A stretch of 64,000 bases of DNA from Candidatus Kapaibacterium sp. (GTDB lineage Bacteria > Bacteroidota > Ignavibacteria > Kapaibacteriales > UBA2268). Below the pieces are notes generated by a model. The model was given only the letters and a program-made list of their open reading frames with translations, was not told the DNA's origin and did not search any database. This document shows positions 42,316 through 52,618 of this stretch, piece after piece. The translations under genes were made by a program, and so were the position numbers. The stretch is from positions 3,392,001 through 3,456,000 of the forward strand of contig OY762428.1 in NCBI GenBank assembly GCA_963665665.1, given 5' to 3'. Every line of letters starts with the position of its first letter. Position 1 is the first letter of the stretch.

Positions 42316-43050
42316 ATGGAGATAAAAATGTTAACAAGAAGATCATTCCTTAAACTTGCAGGTTTCGGCACAGTAGCTGCCGGGGCAGGCGTTGCAGCGG
42401 GAAATCTGATGAATAGCTCCGGATCCGCCAGGTTTTACACCCTTTACGGCTTCCTTCCGGAAGATGATAAGGCAATAAAAGGTGCGGTTTCTGCTTTCAA
42501 ATCAATGCTGCCGGGTCAATTCAGGAACAGCGGGGTAAATATCATAGCTGATGAAAATTATTCTAGGTTGATTGCAAGTCAGTTCGCTAAGGATAGAGGT
42601 AATATTAGTATCAGAGTAAAACATATCAACAGCCCTGTACTATCTGATATTATCGCTGCTGACAACCAAAATTCAATATACAGGCCTGAAAATTTCAATA
42701 TTCAGATTGCATCTCTTAGAAATTATGTAAGAAACAAGGAAGCCGGATTGCTTTTCTCGGCAGAGTTCAGAGAAACAAATATTATCAGCAATCTTTTTGG
42801 GGGAAAATATAATGCTGTAATTGAAAATGAAAACGGCATGATGGACATTATTCCTCTCGACAGAAAACCGGTTGATGTTGCTATTACAGGCCCTTCCGGA
42901 AAATCAATAGTAAGAATTGGCGATGGCAGGGCAGCTATGAAATCTTCAGTTTGCAGACACAGGATTTGCGAACTTCATTCTGCATCATTACCGGGAAATA
43001 TTATTGCATGTGCACCCAACCGCCTGATGATAAGGATCGAGGCTGCATAA
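42316..43050 (+). CDS. Tat-exported protein with C-terminal NusG domain II-like module
   Basis: TRRSFLK twin-arginine motif; SVCRHRIC...IIACAPNRLMI. Confidence 0.75.
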   Translation: MEIKMLTRRSFLKLAGFGTVAAGAGVAAGNLMNSSGSARFYTLYGFLPEDDKAIKGAVSAFKSMLPGQFRNSGVNIIADENYSRLIASQFAKDRGNISIRVKHINSPVLSDIIAADNQNSIYRPENFNIQIASLRNYVRNKEAGLLFSAEFRETNIISNLFGGKYNAVIENENGMMDIIPLDRKPVDVAITGPSGKSIVRIGDGRAAMKSSVCRHRICELHSASLPGNIIACAPNRLMIRIEAA

Positions 43051-43051
43051 T

Positions 43052-44041
43052 TTGAAAAAAGCGTTTAAATATATTGTTACCGGGATAGTTTTTTTTGCTA
43101 TTGGCTTTGGTGCTTACAGGGCATTTACGGTCAGTAACGACAACTTTAGCAGAACAGCCCTTATGCTTGGTACCATTGTGGAAATACAGGCAAAACCCGG
43201 AAATAACAATATTCAGGAAGCAGTTGATTCAGCTTTTTCTGAAATAAAACGCCTTGATAAATTGTTTTCAGCTTATGATTCAACAAGTCCGGTTTACAGG
43301 ATTAACGACAAATGCATCGGCAGCATTGATATTAGCGAATATCCGGAAATCTATCATTTGATAGAAAAAAGTATGATGCTCGGAATGATAAGTTCCGGGG
43401 CTTTCGACGCCGGCATCGGAAATATCACAGATCTGTGGGGCTTTAATAATCAAAAGGAGAAATCACTTCCTGATTCTTTAAATATTACGGCAGCCATGCA
43501 AAACAGCGGAATTGCCAATATTGTTCTATCAAAAGATAACTTAGTTAAGAACAAACCGATAAAACTCAATTTCGATGCAATTGCAAAAGGATATGCAGTT
43601 GATAAAGCCTGGGAAGTTCTTACTTCTTTTGGAATTAATAATTTCCTTATAAATGCCGGTGGAGAGATCAGAGCCAACGGCCGGGACTGGAAGATTGGAA
43701 TCAAACATCCGAGGAACCAGGGAATGTTGTGTTCTGTTAATCCCGCGGGAATGGCGCTGGCAACATCCGGCGATTACGAGAATTACTTTTTTGCCGGTGG
43801 CAGGCGATATTGTCATATTATTAATCCGGAAACAGGATATCCGGCGGATCAATGCCAGAGCGTAACTGTGATATCCCGGGATGTAATGACAGCCGACGCA
43901 CTGGCAACAGCTGTTTTCGTACTCGGCTCTGTTGACGGATTAGCTCTTGTAAACCAGATGGACAACACTGAATGTTTGATTGTTGATAAAAATGGAAAAC
44001 TTATAAAGTCTGACGACTTTGAAAATTACATTCGGAGATAA
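43052..44041 (+). CDS. apbE: FAD:protein FMN transferase
   Basis: MLGT, AIAKGYAVD, NAGGEI, ATSGDYE, HIINPETG, ADALATA. Confidence 0.95.
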   Translation: MKKAFKYIVTGIVFFAIGFGAYRAFTVSNDNFSRTALMLGTIVEIQAKPGNNNIQEAVDSAFSEIKRLDKLFSAYDSTSPVYRINDKCIGSIDISEYPEIYHLIEKSMMLGMISSGAFDAGIGNITDLWGFNNQKEKSLPDSLNITAAMQNSGIANIVLSKDNLVKNKPIKLNFDAIAKGYAVDKAWEVLTSFGINNFLINAGGEIRANGRDWKIGIKHPRNQGMLCSVNPAGMALATSGDYENYFFAGGRRYCHIINPETGYPADQCQSVTVISRDVMTADALATAVFVLGSVDGLALVNQMDNTECLIVDKNGKLIKSDDFENYIRR

Positions 44042-44044
44042 ATT

Positions 44045-44857
44045 ATGGAATCGGATTTTTTAATTGCGATACTTACCATGGGCGGCCTCGGATTTATATT
44101 TGCCGGCGGCCTGGCCATTGCTGATAAAAAACTAAGGGTTGAGGAAAACCCGATGATAGGAAAGATAAATGATATTCTTCCGGGAGCCAATTGCGGAGCT
44201 TGCGGATATGCCGGATGCTATGACTTTGCCGTGAACCTTGTTGAAGGAAAGGCGCCTGTTACCGGATGCCCGGTTGGGGGTGAAGATACTACAATAGAGA
44301 TAGCATCAATGATGGGGCTTGAAGCAGGATCTGCTGTAAAGATGTATCCCAGGATACTTTGTTATGGCGGGCAAAAGGAAGCCATTCAGAAAATTGCTCA
44401 TTATTACGGACCTTTGAATTGCTCCGCCATGGAAATTGTTTCGGGCGGAAACAAACTTTGCAATTACGGATGCCTTGGCGGCGGTGATTGCGTTACAGCC
44501 TGTCCGTTCGGAGCTATGATAATGGGTGATGATATGCTGCCGCAGGTTGTTGAAGAACTTTGCACCGGTTGCGGGCTTTGTGTAAAAGCATGCCCGAGGA
44601 ACATTATCGAAATGCACCCCGAAGACCGGGAAGTATTTGTATTCTGCAAAAATCACGACGATCCGAAAACAGCCAAGAATCTTTGTTCGGCAGCTTGTAT
44701 AGGATGCGGCATCTGTGCCAGGGGTTCCGACGGCGCTATCAGGATGGACCGCTTCCTTCCGGTAATAGATTACGACAAGCTGAATCCGGATATTATTCCT
44801 TATGAAAAATGCAAAACCAACGCAATAAAGAGAATAAATACAAAGGTGGAAGCATGA
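44045..44857 (+). CDS. rnfB: Rnf subunit B
   Basis: LPGANCGACGYAGC, CPVGG, CLGGGDCVTACPF, CTGCGLCVKACP. Confidence 0.95.
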   Translation: MESDFLIAILTMGGLGFIFAGGLAIADKKLRVEENPMIGKINDILPGANCGACGYAGCYDFAVNLVEGKAPVTGCPVGGEDTTIEIASMMGLEAGSAVKMYPRILCYGGQKEAIQKIAHYYGPLNCSAMEIVSGGNKLCNYGCLGGGDCVTACPFGAMIMGDDMLPQVVEELCTGCGLCVKACPRNIIEMHPEDREVFVFCKNHDDPKTAKNLCSAACIGCGICARGSDGAIRMDRFLPVIDYDKLNPDIIPYEKCKTNAIKRINTKVEA

Positions 44858-45282
44858 TGGAGAGGGAAAGCCTGAAAGCATCTGGTGTTGTTATCTCATC
44901 GGAAAACGGCTATGCAGATGTAGAAATAGTTACCGGATGCAAAGGCCACAGCCATTCAACAAAGATATTCTGCAGCGGCAACTGCGCAACCAAATCTGTT
45001 GTCAGGGTTAAGGATAATATTGGTGCACAATGCGGACAGATGGTTCAGATATGTGTAGGTGGCGACCGGCTTATGAAAGCTACTATTCTCCTTTACGGAA
45101 TCCCACTTATATTGATTGTGGCAGGAATTGTACTGGGAATGTCAATATTCTCAGGTGCAGGACAGCCGGAACTTATGGCCTTTATAACGGGAATGGTTAT
45201 TACCGGCCTTTATTATCTCGGGCTTAATATCTACTCCCGCAAGGGTATGCTGAATGCATCTATTCCCGAGATTGTTTCCTGA
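44854..45282 (+). CDS. rseC: RseC/MucC family protein
   Basis: G.V.....V, Cys cluster, GQMVQI, LLYGIPL, two TMs; last gene of the rnf operon. Confidence 0.8.
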   Translation: MMERESLKASGVVISSENGYADVEIVTGCKGHSHSTKIFCSGNCATKSVVRVKDNIGAQCGQMVQICVGGDRLMKATILLYGIPLILIVAGIVLGMSIFSGAGQPELMAFITGMVITGLYYLGLNIYSRKGMLNASIPEIVS

Positions 45283-45314
45283 CAGACAAATCAGACAGCA
45301 TTATTACTAAAAAT

Positions 45315-45346
45315 CACCCGGCAGCAGAAAGTTGCCGGGTGTTTTT
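45315..45346 (+). terminator. intrinsic terminator of the rnf operon
   Basis: cacccggcagc-agaaa-gttgccgggtg followed by T run. Confidence 0.75.
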
Positions 45347-45461
45347 GTGTGTTTTTTTTCAGATACCACCGCCGGCTGTGGACAGATGATTAAACCGTAG
45401 GGGCAACACTTGTGGTTGCCCAAAAAGAATCCATCTTCTTCATCCTCAAGCCACATCTTAG

Positions 45462-45553
45462 CCCAAAGCAACAGCAGCGATACAGCAACAAGAAACATTT
45501 GCGGGAATAATAAAGATTGATTAAGTTCCGGCAATCAATAACAATGCGAAAAA
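45462..45553 (+). repeat. ~90-bp conserved leader, copy 1 (copy 2 at 59259-59350)
   Basis: Identical core catttgcgggaataataaagattgattaagttccggcaatcaataac, containing the inverted repeat attgatt-N10-aatcaat. Confidence 0.85.
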
Positions 45554-45646
45554 GTTTGAGACCAAATTGAATTTGATATGTTACTAACTATATATAAATA
45601 ATACTACCCGATGGTAGTAATGTAAAAACAATTATGGGGCTTTACC

Positions 45647-46924
45647 ATGAAAAAATTCATTTTATTAAGCACGTTCTTATCATTCTTATTTTCTGCCGGG
45701 GCGTTTGCCGGGGAGCAGGATACCTTATGGACGAAAGCATTGTCCGGAGCAACAAATGTGTTCTTCACGCCTGATGACCAATCAATAATTACGAATCGGA
45801 TTAACCAGATTGTTGAATTAGATGTAAGTACTGGGGAAGTTCTAAGGGAATCAAAAAAAATCAGGTCTTCTTTTGTTGAATTTGAACTATCATACTCAGG
45901 CAACTATATTTTTATACTTCACTATAATCAGGACTATGTATCACTTGTTAATTATAATGATTTTTCAATTAAACAGGCAATTAACCTCAAAGATTCGAAC
46001 TGGTTGCCACATTCGATAGCCATTTCAGCTGATGACAACAATTTAGCAATTGGTGTTCATGATTTAGTGAAGAAAGTTAATTATATTCTGGTTTATGATT
46101 CTGAAACGGGTAAATTGATAAAACGTTTGGAATCTTCGCAGGTAACCCGATATCTAAAATATTCCCCTGATGGAAAATACCTTGCTGCAATATCTGCTGC
46201 TTATGATTTTCAGGATTATCCGGATGATCCTAAATACTATTTGCATTTATACGATGCAAAAACTTATGAATTTCTAAGAACATTGGATTATACTAAATCG
46301 CATACAGAAAAAATTAATTGTGTAAATTTCAGTAGGGATAGCAAATATCTAATGGAGAGCTGTGGATTGAAGAAATCTCAAGTTTGGGATTTAATAACAT
46401 TTGAAATAACACAGGAGTATCCTTTCGAAAATAATACTTTTGGAATCAAAATTACAAATAATAAAAAATTTAGTTTGTTAACATCTCTTGATATTGGGCA
46501 ACTATATCTTTATACGTATAATAATATTGAAGAGAAAATTGTGTATAAGTATCCTGATAGGATAGCAAGATTTAATTTAAGTAATCAAGAAGATTATATT
46601 ATAGCTAATATGGGTGGATATTTAATGCTGCTCGTACCATATTGGGAAATGAATAGTATATTTGATGATAAGCAAGAAATTCTATTGGATATTAGTTATA
46701 AGAATCAACTTTTAGCTATAAAATTTGAATCAAGTACCTCAGAAAATAATGAAATAACTATCTTCGATAATTCCGGAGTAAAGATAAAAACATTATACTC
46801 TGGTTTTTCACGAGAAGGCTTGAATATGATTGAAGAACAATTAAAACTTGCTTCGGGTATCTATCATTTGCAAATGAAGATAGGAGAAAAGGAAATATTC
46901 GAAAAATTTATCGTGGTTAACTAA
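45647..46924 (+). CDS. secreted WD40-like beta-propeller protein with T9SS C-terminal domain
   Basis: Signal; SIAISADD, LKYSPDGKYLA, NFSRDSKYL; SGIYHLQM..EKFIVV CTD; paralog of 59463-60743. Confidence 0.82.
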   Translation: MKKFILLSTFLSFLFSAGAFAGEQDTLWTKALSGATNVFFTPDDQSIITNRINQIVELDVSTGEVLRESKKIRSSFVEFELSYSGNYIFILHYNQDYVSLVNYNDFSIKQAINLKDSNWLPHSIAISADDNNLAIGVHDLVKKVNYILVYDSETGKLIKRLESSQVTRYLKYSPDGKYLAAISAAYDFQDYPDDPKYYLHLYDAKTYEFLRTLDYTKSHTEKINCVNFSRDSKYLMESCGLKKSQVWDLITFEITQEYPFENNTFGIKITNNKKFSLLTSLDIGQLYLYTYNNIEEKIVYKYPDRIARFNLSNQEDYIIANMGGYLMLLVPYWEMNSIFDDKQEILLDISYKNQLLAIKFESSTSENNEITIFDNSGVKIKTLYSGFSREGLNMIEEQLKLASGIYHLQMKIGEKEIFEKFIVVN

Positions 46925-46990
46925 CCCCGCCTTCGCTTTCAGCGCTGACAGGTTCAGGATTGAAAGCGGCGGCTGTCCCTCAACTCAACC

Positions 46991-47027
46991 ATCATCAAAT
47001 TCAAAATCCAGGTGCTTTAGCGCGTGG
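46991..47027 (+). repeat. 37-bp direct repeat, copy 1 (copy 2 at 49041-49077)
   Basis: atcatcaaattcaa(aat/tag)ccaggtgctttagcgcgtgg, 35/37 identical. Confidence 0.8.
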
Positions 47028-47176
47028 GTAATAATGCCTTGACCGAAATCAAAGCAAGAAAACCACCCCTTTATTCCCCTCCTACTTTAGGAGGGGATAA
47101 GAACTTAAATATCAAGGAATTAACTCCCCATCCTTCCGAAGGAGGGGGCCGGGGGGATGTAGGAAGGGGCAGCGGC

Positions 47177-47764
47177 ATTTCACCAATATTCGAAGATATT
47201 GCCGCCCTGTTCTTCTTCAAAGCCCTCTCCTTCGGGGAGGGTTTGGGAGGGGTCAGAGGTATTGAACTCTTGTTTGCACCTATTGCAGCAATGTTTTGCT
47301 TTATTGCCGCCTTGGTCGAAGTTAATGCTGCCCTGTTTCAAATCATTGTACTGATGTTTGAAGTTATTGCCGCCTTGTTTGAAGCTATTGCAGCAATGTT
47401 TTGCTTTATTGATGCCTTGTTCTGAGTCATTGCCGCCTTGTTCGAATCCATTGCCGCCTTGGTCGGAGTCATTGCTGCCTTGGTTGAAGCCATTGCAGCA
47501 ATGTTTTGCTTCATTGCTGCCTTGTTTGCACCTATTGCAGCAATGTTTTGCTTCATTGCCGCCTTGTTCCAAATCGATGCACCGATGTTTGAAGATAATG
47601 AACTCTTGGTCGACGCTATTGTATCGATGTTCAGAAGCAATGCACCGATGTTTTGCTTTATTGCTGCCTTGTTTGAAGTCAATGCAGCAATGTTTTGCTT
47701 TATTGATGCCTTGTTCGAAGTCTTTGCTGCCTTGTTTGAAGGCATTGAACTCTTGTTCGGAGGC
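47177..47764. repeat. 21-bp tandem array 1 (24 contiguous units at 47261-47764 plus 2 upstream units)
   Basis: Units such as attgccgccttgtttgaagct and attgcagcaatgttttgcttt. Confidence 0.95.
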
Positions 47765-47783
47765 AAAGAACATGTTCAATAAG

Positions 47784-48014
47784 GCCAAACAAGCGTGGGA
47801 TGAGGCCAAACAAGCGTGGGATAAAGTCAAACAAGCGTGGGATGAGGCCAAACAAGCGTGGGATGAGGCCAAACAAGCGTGGAATGAAGTCAAACAAGCG
47901 TGGAATGAAGTCAAACAAGCGTGGGATGAGGCCAAACAAGCGTGGGATAAAGTCAAACAAGCGTGGGATAAAGTCAAACAAGCGTGGGATAAGATCAAAC
48001 AAGCGTGGGATGAA
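47784..48014. repeat. 21-bp tandem array 2 (11 near-identical units)
   Basis: g(c/t)caaacaagcgtgg(g/a)at(g/a)a(g/a); caagcgtgg recurs every 21 bp from 47790 to 48000. Confidence 0.97.
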
Positions 48015-48555
48015 GCCAAATTTCACTACATTAAGGCCAAACAGTAGTTCAATACCTCCGGCCAAGGCAGTTTAAAGTCCTGCCAACAAAGCATTTAGCC
48101 CAAACATCAGGATTCTGGTTCAAAACAGCGTTGAAATAAGGAAATTAACCGATTCAATGAAACCACAGGATGGGGAATTAAGGCCGGCGGCCTGTTCATT
48201 GGGGTGGAAGAACGGGTAAACAGAGCAAAAGAATGAGGTGTTATGTTGTCATTCCCCGACACGTCACCGAAAAATCGGTGCAGGCAGGGGCAGGCTTCCG
48301 GAGCTTGCGACCGAAGAATCCATCTTCCTTCGCAGATGATGTATGAAGAATGGATACTTCGCTTCGCTCAGTATGACAATACACAAACTATAATAACTTC
48401 AATCGGAAAAAGAATCCACCCCAGCCTGTCCCGACGTGTCGGGAACTCGCTGCGCTCGCCACCCCTCAACGAGGGGAATTAACTCTCTGATAATTATGAA
48501 TGTAGTATATTCCCCTCCAATTGATGGGAATTTTTATAAAACCAGCCATCCCGAA

Positions 48556-49026
48556 AGCGGCGTAGCCGCGACATTTTTGTAGAAAGACGAATCCGGAAAG
48601 GACAACAGCCCCTTAGGGGCGACATTGGCAAAAGATTGTGTCGCTCCTACGGAGCTTTGAATAATCGTTATGTAAATATTATCTACAAAAATTCCGCTCC
48701 TACGGAGCTTTTTCACTTCTTCCGAAGGATGTGCCCGAAGGGCGGGGTGGTGTAAAATACTTTTAGGATGATGATTTATTGATTCCCAACCACGAGCTAA
48801 AGCACGTGGCTATTTTTAAGCACAATCTGTTACTGATTTTTAAAAACTGAGCCCCAATTCTTAATTTCCCTCCTTCCCAAGTTGTACTTGGGAATGAATT
48901 TTTCCTGCAAAGTTCAACTTTGGAATAGAGAAGCTCAGCTTAAAAAGAAAACTGCATTACGAAGTACAACTTCGTAATGAGGGGGAATGCATAAAGAATG
49001 GATTCTTCGCTGGCGCTCAGTATGAC
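48556..49026. repeat. mosaic of palindromic REP-like elements, duplicated at 63260-63698
   Basis: Shared agcggcgtagccgcgacatttttgtag, gtcgctcctacggagcttt, and cattacgaagtacaacttcgtaatg blocks in the same order. Confidence 0.85.
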
Positions 49027-49092
49027 ATTCCAGCCTAATAATCATCAAATTCAATAGCCAGGTGCTTTAGCGCGTGGATAAAGATGTCCTGT

Positions 49093-51189
49093 TTATATCA
49101 ATACTGATTTATACATATTCAGGAAATATTCCTGGGAACTGAAAGGCTCCTTGCCCTTTTCGGGCTGAATCTTTTCATAAACTCCACTGTTTGTAAGTTT
49201 CCATGCTTTGCTGTTGTCCGACCAATATATATCAAGTATATCCCTTAGTTTTTCCCTTATTTTCAGATCATAAATCGGGTACATCAGCTCGACACGCTTG
49301 TGCAGGTTGCGGGACATCCAGTCGGCGCTTGAAAGATAAAATTCTTCGTCGCCGCCATTCTTGAAATAAAAAATCCTGCTGTGCTCCAGGAAGCGGCCAA
49401 TTATACTTCGAACTTCAATATTTTCGCTTATACCCGGAATGTCAGGTTTCAGGCAGCATATCCCCCTTACCAGGAGCTTGATTTTCACACCTTTCTGCGA
49501 GGCACGATATAAGGCAGGTATTACCTGCCGGTGTACCAGTGAGTTCATTTTAGCAAATATCATCCCCGGGTTTTCAGGTGTGCTGTTTGCAATTTCTCTT
49601 TCAATCTTTTCCATAATATTCTGATACAAGTTAACCGGGGCCATAATAAAGTGTTTCCAGTCCTGATATCTTGAATATCCTGTAAGATAATTGAACAGGT
49701 GAATGGCATCCATACCAAATTCAGGCCGTGCCGTAAAAATAGCACAATCAGTATAGATTCTGGATGTTACCTGATTATAGTTCCCTGTTGACAGGTGTAG
49801 ATAAGTTCTGAGTTTTTCGCCTTCCTGCCTGACAACCACACATATCTTGCAATGAGTTTTAAGGCCTATCATGCCATAGATAACATGCACACCAACTTCT
49901 TCAAGCTCTTTTGCCCATATAATATTATTAGCTTCATCAAAGCGTGCTTTCAGTTCAACAAATGCAGTAACGTCCTTCCCATTTTCAGCCGCACGTTTCA
50001 ATGCTTCTACAATCGGCGAATTTAAACCTGTGCGGTAAAGTGTTGCTTTAATAGCCATTACCTGCGAATCATTAGTAGCAGTTTCAATAAACTTTAATGT
50101 GGAATTTGTAAAGGAATCATAGGGATGATGGACAAAATGGTCTGATTCTTTTATAGCATCGAAGATATTAATTGATTCCTGCTGAAATTCCGGCAAAGGC
50201 CTTGTGGCGAATGGCTGATCTTTCAAATGACGGACTTCTAATTTAGTCAGTTCCATAAAATCCGGTAAATTCAGGTGGCGCTGGTGAACATAGACATCGT
50301 CCGGTTCTATTTCGAGTACCCGTACCAATAATTTCACCAGGTATTCCGGCATATTTGCGCTAACTTCAAGCCTGACAACAGCTGTTCCCCAGTTCCTGTG
50401 TTTTATCTGCTCGGCAATTTCACTCAAAAGGTCGTCAGCCTCATCCTCGGCAATCTCAATATCGGCATCCCTTGTAACCCTGAAAGTATTTGATTCGATA
50501 ATCTCAAGCCCGGGGAAAAGGATATCTGCAAAAGCTTTAATAATTTGTTCCTGCAAAACAAAATGGTGGCCGTTCCTTCTTCTTAGCCTGACAAATCTCG
50601 GCAGCATTACAGGAAGCTGAAGGAAAGCAATTTTATCTTCTCTCAGGTCGCTGGCGGGATCGCGCAGCACAAATGCCACGTTCAGCGAACGATTGATCAG
50701 GCGCGGGAAAGGATGTGCCGGATCAAGGCTTAGCGGGGTTAAAAGCGGAAGTGTATTTTCGCAAAAATAATACCTTAAGTGGTCTTTTTCTTCTTCGCTT
50801 AATGTATCAAATTCGTGAATAATAATATTTTCATTTGCAAGCTCCGGAAATATCTGTTCATCAAGTAATTTCCCCTGCCATTCATACAAGGGCAGAAGAG
50901 TTTTCCGTATTTCTTTCAATTGCTCACGGGGCGTCATTCCGTTGTAAGAAAGCTCAACAACATCCGCGGCTATCTGGCCTTTCAATCCTGCCACACGGAT
51001 CATGAAGAATTCGTCCATATTTGAACTGAAAATGGCTGCAAATTTCAGTCTTTCAAGCAAGGGATGCTGATTTCCTTCGCATTCTTTTAGCACTCTTTTA
51101 TTAAATTCAATAAGGCTAAGCTCGCGGTTAAAATAATATTCCGGCGATTTCAGATCAAGCGGTTTGTCTTTAATTATATCTGGTTCCAT
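49093..51189 (-). CDS. ppk1: polyphosphate kinase 1
   Basis: YFNRELS, PLLERLKF, DPAHPFP, HHPYDSF, ELKARFDE, KTHCK, GRFLEHSR, SADWMSRN. Confidence 0.97.
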   Translation of the reverse strand: MEPDIIKDKPLDLKSPEYYFNRELSLIEFNKRVLKECEGNQHPLLERLKFAAIFSSNMDEFFMIRVAGLKGQIAADVVELSYNGMTPREQLKEIRKTLLPLYEWQGKLLDEQIFPELANENIIIHEFDTLSEEEKDHLRYYFCENTLPLLTPLSLDPAHPFPRLINRSLNVAFVLRDPASDLREDKIAFLQLPVMLPRFVRLRRRNGHHFVLQEQIIKAFADILFPGLEIIESNTFRVTRDADIEIAEDEADDLLSEIAEQIKHRNWGTAVVRLEVSANMPEYLVKLLVRVLEIEPDDVYVHQRHLNLPDFMELTKLEVRHLKDQPFATRPLPEFQQESINIFDAIKESDHFVHHPYDSFTNSTLKFIETATNDSQVMAIKATLYRTGLNSPIVEALKRAAENGKDVTAFVELKARFDEANNIIWAKELEEVGVHVIYGMIGLKTHCKICVVVRQEGEKLRTYLHLSTGNYNQVTSRIYTDCAIFTARPEFGMDAIHLFNYLTGYSRYQDWKHFIMAPVNLYQNIMEKIEREIANSTPENPGMIFAKMNSLVHRQVIPALYRASQKGVKIKLLVRGICCLKPDIPGISENIEVRSIIGRFLEHSRIFYFKNGGDEEFYLSSADWMSRNLHKRVELMYPIYDLKIREKLRDILDIYWSDNSKAWKLTNSGVYEKIQPEKGKEPFSSQEYFLNMYKSVLI

Positions 51190-51331
51190 TTTATTGTCAT
51201 TATCTTTATAATTATATTTAATTACTATCAATTAATCATTTTTCGTGCCAAAGAATATCCAATTATCTCATGGCTAATAATTGATTACAAAGTTATTGCA
51301 GAGATTGTAATATCCAAATTTTATTTCAATT

Positions 51332-52480
51332 CTACTTCACTTCCCTGATATGAACTTTGGATTTCTTATATTCATAATGATTAAGCTCTTCGACTTCATT
51401 GGGATTGAAATTAATATCGTCTGAATATATCACTTCGTCGCCGTCTTCCCTTACCCATCTCGTTTCATGAAGCCCTGCGCCGGTCTCTATTTCACCTGTG
51501 TATGGATTTTCATATTCTTCCTGTCCGGTTAATGTCAGGTACATATCATTCTGGATGATTTCGTTGGTTTTTTGCCTGTGTTCGGTTATCTCCCTACCAA
51601 TGCGAATTATTTCCTGTGTGGTTTTCAATGCTATACCTGCCCTTTTGGACTGGCCTTTTATTTCCTTTGTAATCCAATCTGTATTCATTTTCAGGGATTT
51701 TCCGATATTTGCAAATAATGGTTCCACAGATTTTAATTCTCCTTTTGGGGCGCGAACGGACACAGTAAACCTGTTCTTCCACATGCCGGCGGCGAGCGGC
51801 CCCATATCCATTATTGCTGTAATAAAGTTTTCTTCATACTGCCGGCCCTTTTCTGAATAAGTTACCGATATCATTGCGGCATCATATTTGAAACCCATAT
51901 CGAAAAGCAGCTTGACTTCGTTCCTGACTGCGGTTGCAAGTTCAGGCAGTTTCTTTTGTTTCACAATTTTAATTCCTGTAGCTTTAGGCCTGGCATAGGG
52001 TATTACTACTTTTTGGATAAACATCTCAGGCGACATAAGCGGCATAACAGTCATTCCGTTGTAATTGCTGCCAACAGGAAACATTCCCATTTGTCCTGCC
52101 GGGCTGTGCGACATATCAAAATAGTTTATCTCCGGGAACCATCGCATCATTGTATTTCCGGATTTGTCCGCTTTGATTGAAAAGTCAAGTTTTGCCTCAA
52201 TAGCATTGCCGGCACCGCCTGCCGCACCAGGATCCACCCGAAAAATTCCGCCGTCCACACTCCAGTCCGAAGGAACAAGAATGCTGAAAGCTTTCTCATT
52301 CGGCTCCCAAACGCGCTTGTAAACATTATAATCCGATGATGATTTAATTGTATTATGTTCATTTGTTGTTTTATTTTCAGATTGAACAGGTTTGTTACTG
52401 TCATCGCCCCCGCATCCCTTGAATGCTGATATACAGGCTGCAAGAAGAATAAATGTAATTAAAAACAAAATCTTTCTCAT
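51332..52480 (-). CDS. hypothetical exported or lipoprotein
   Basis: 382 aa; signal peptide with Cys; WEPNEKAFSILVP.DW and YENPYTGE motifs. Confidence 0.7.
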   Translation of the reverse strand: MRKILFLITFILLAACISAFKGCGGDDSNKPVQSENKTTNEHNTIKSSSDYNVYKRVWEPNEKAFSILVPSDWSVDGGIFRVDPGAAGGAGNAIEAKLDFSIKADKSGNTMMRWFPEINYFDMSHSPAGQMGMFPVGSNYNGMTVMPLMSPEMFIQKVVIPYARPKATGIKIVKQKKLPELATAVRNEVKLLFDMGFKYDAAMISVTYSEKGRQYEENFITAIMDMGPLAAGMWKNRFTVSVRAPKGELKSVEPLFANIGKSLKMNTDWITKEIKGQSKRAGIALKTTQEIIRIGREITEHRQKTNEIIQNDMYLTLTGQEEYENPYTGEIETGAGLHETRWVREDGDEVIYSDDINFNPNEVEELNHYEYKKSKVHIREVK

Positions 52481-52618
52481 TTTAATTCCCCGAATTGATA
52501 AATTCTGAAAAATATTATTAAAAGTAATAATTCTTTATCAAATAGTAAAGCCAAAATTTTGGAAATAATTTATTTTTTGATATTTTTACATATATAAAAT
52601 TTTAATAACTACAATGGT

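Noticed and set aside
47177-48014. Possible CRISPR array
   Set aside because: Units are contiguous with no unique spacers, and there are no cas genes.
47024-48075. Heptad-repeat ORFs in several frames (AKQAWDE, IAALFEV, SHACLAS, IPRLFD)
   Set aside because: A stop-poor 21-bp repeat opens most frames automatically; there is no clear RBS or unique domain, and the IAALF frame has a stop at 47423-47425. Treated as DNA repeats, though translation is not excluded.
48243-48716. Short ORFs at 48243-48482 and 48534-48716, and their look-alikes at 63386-63604
   Set aside because: They are translations of the palindromic repeat mosaic; the similarity is at the DNA repeat level.
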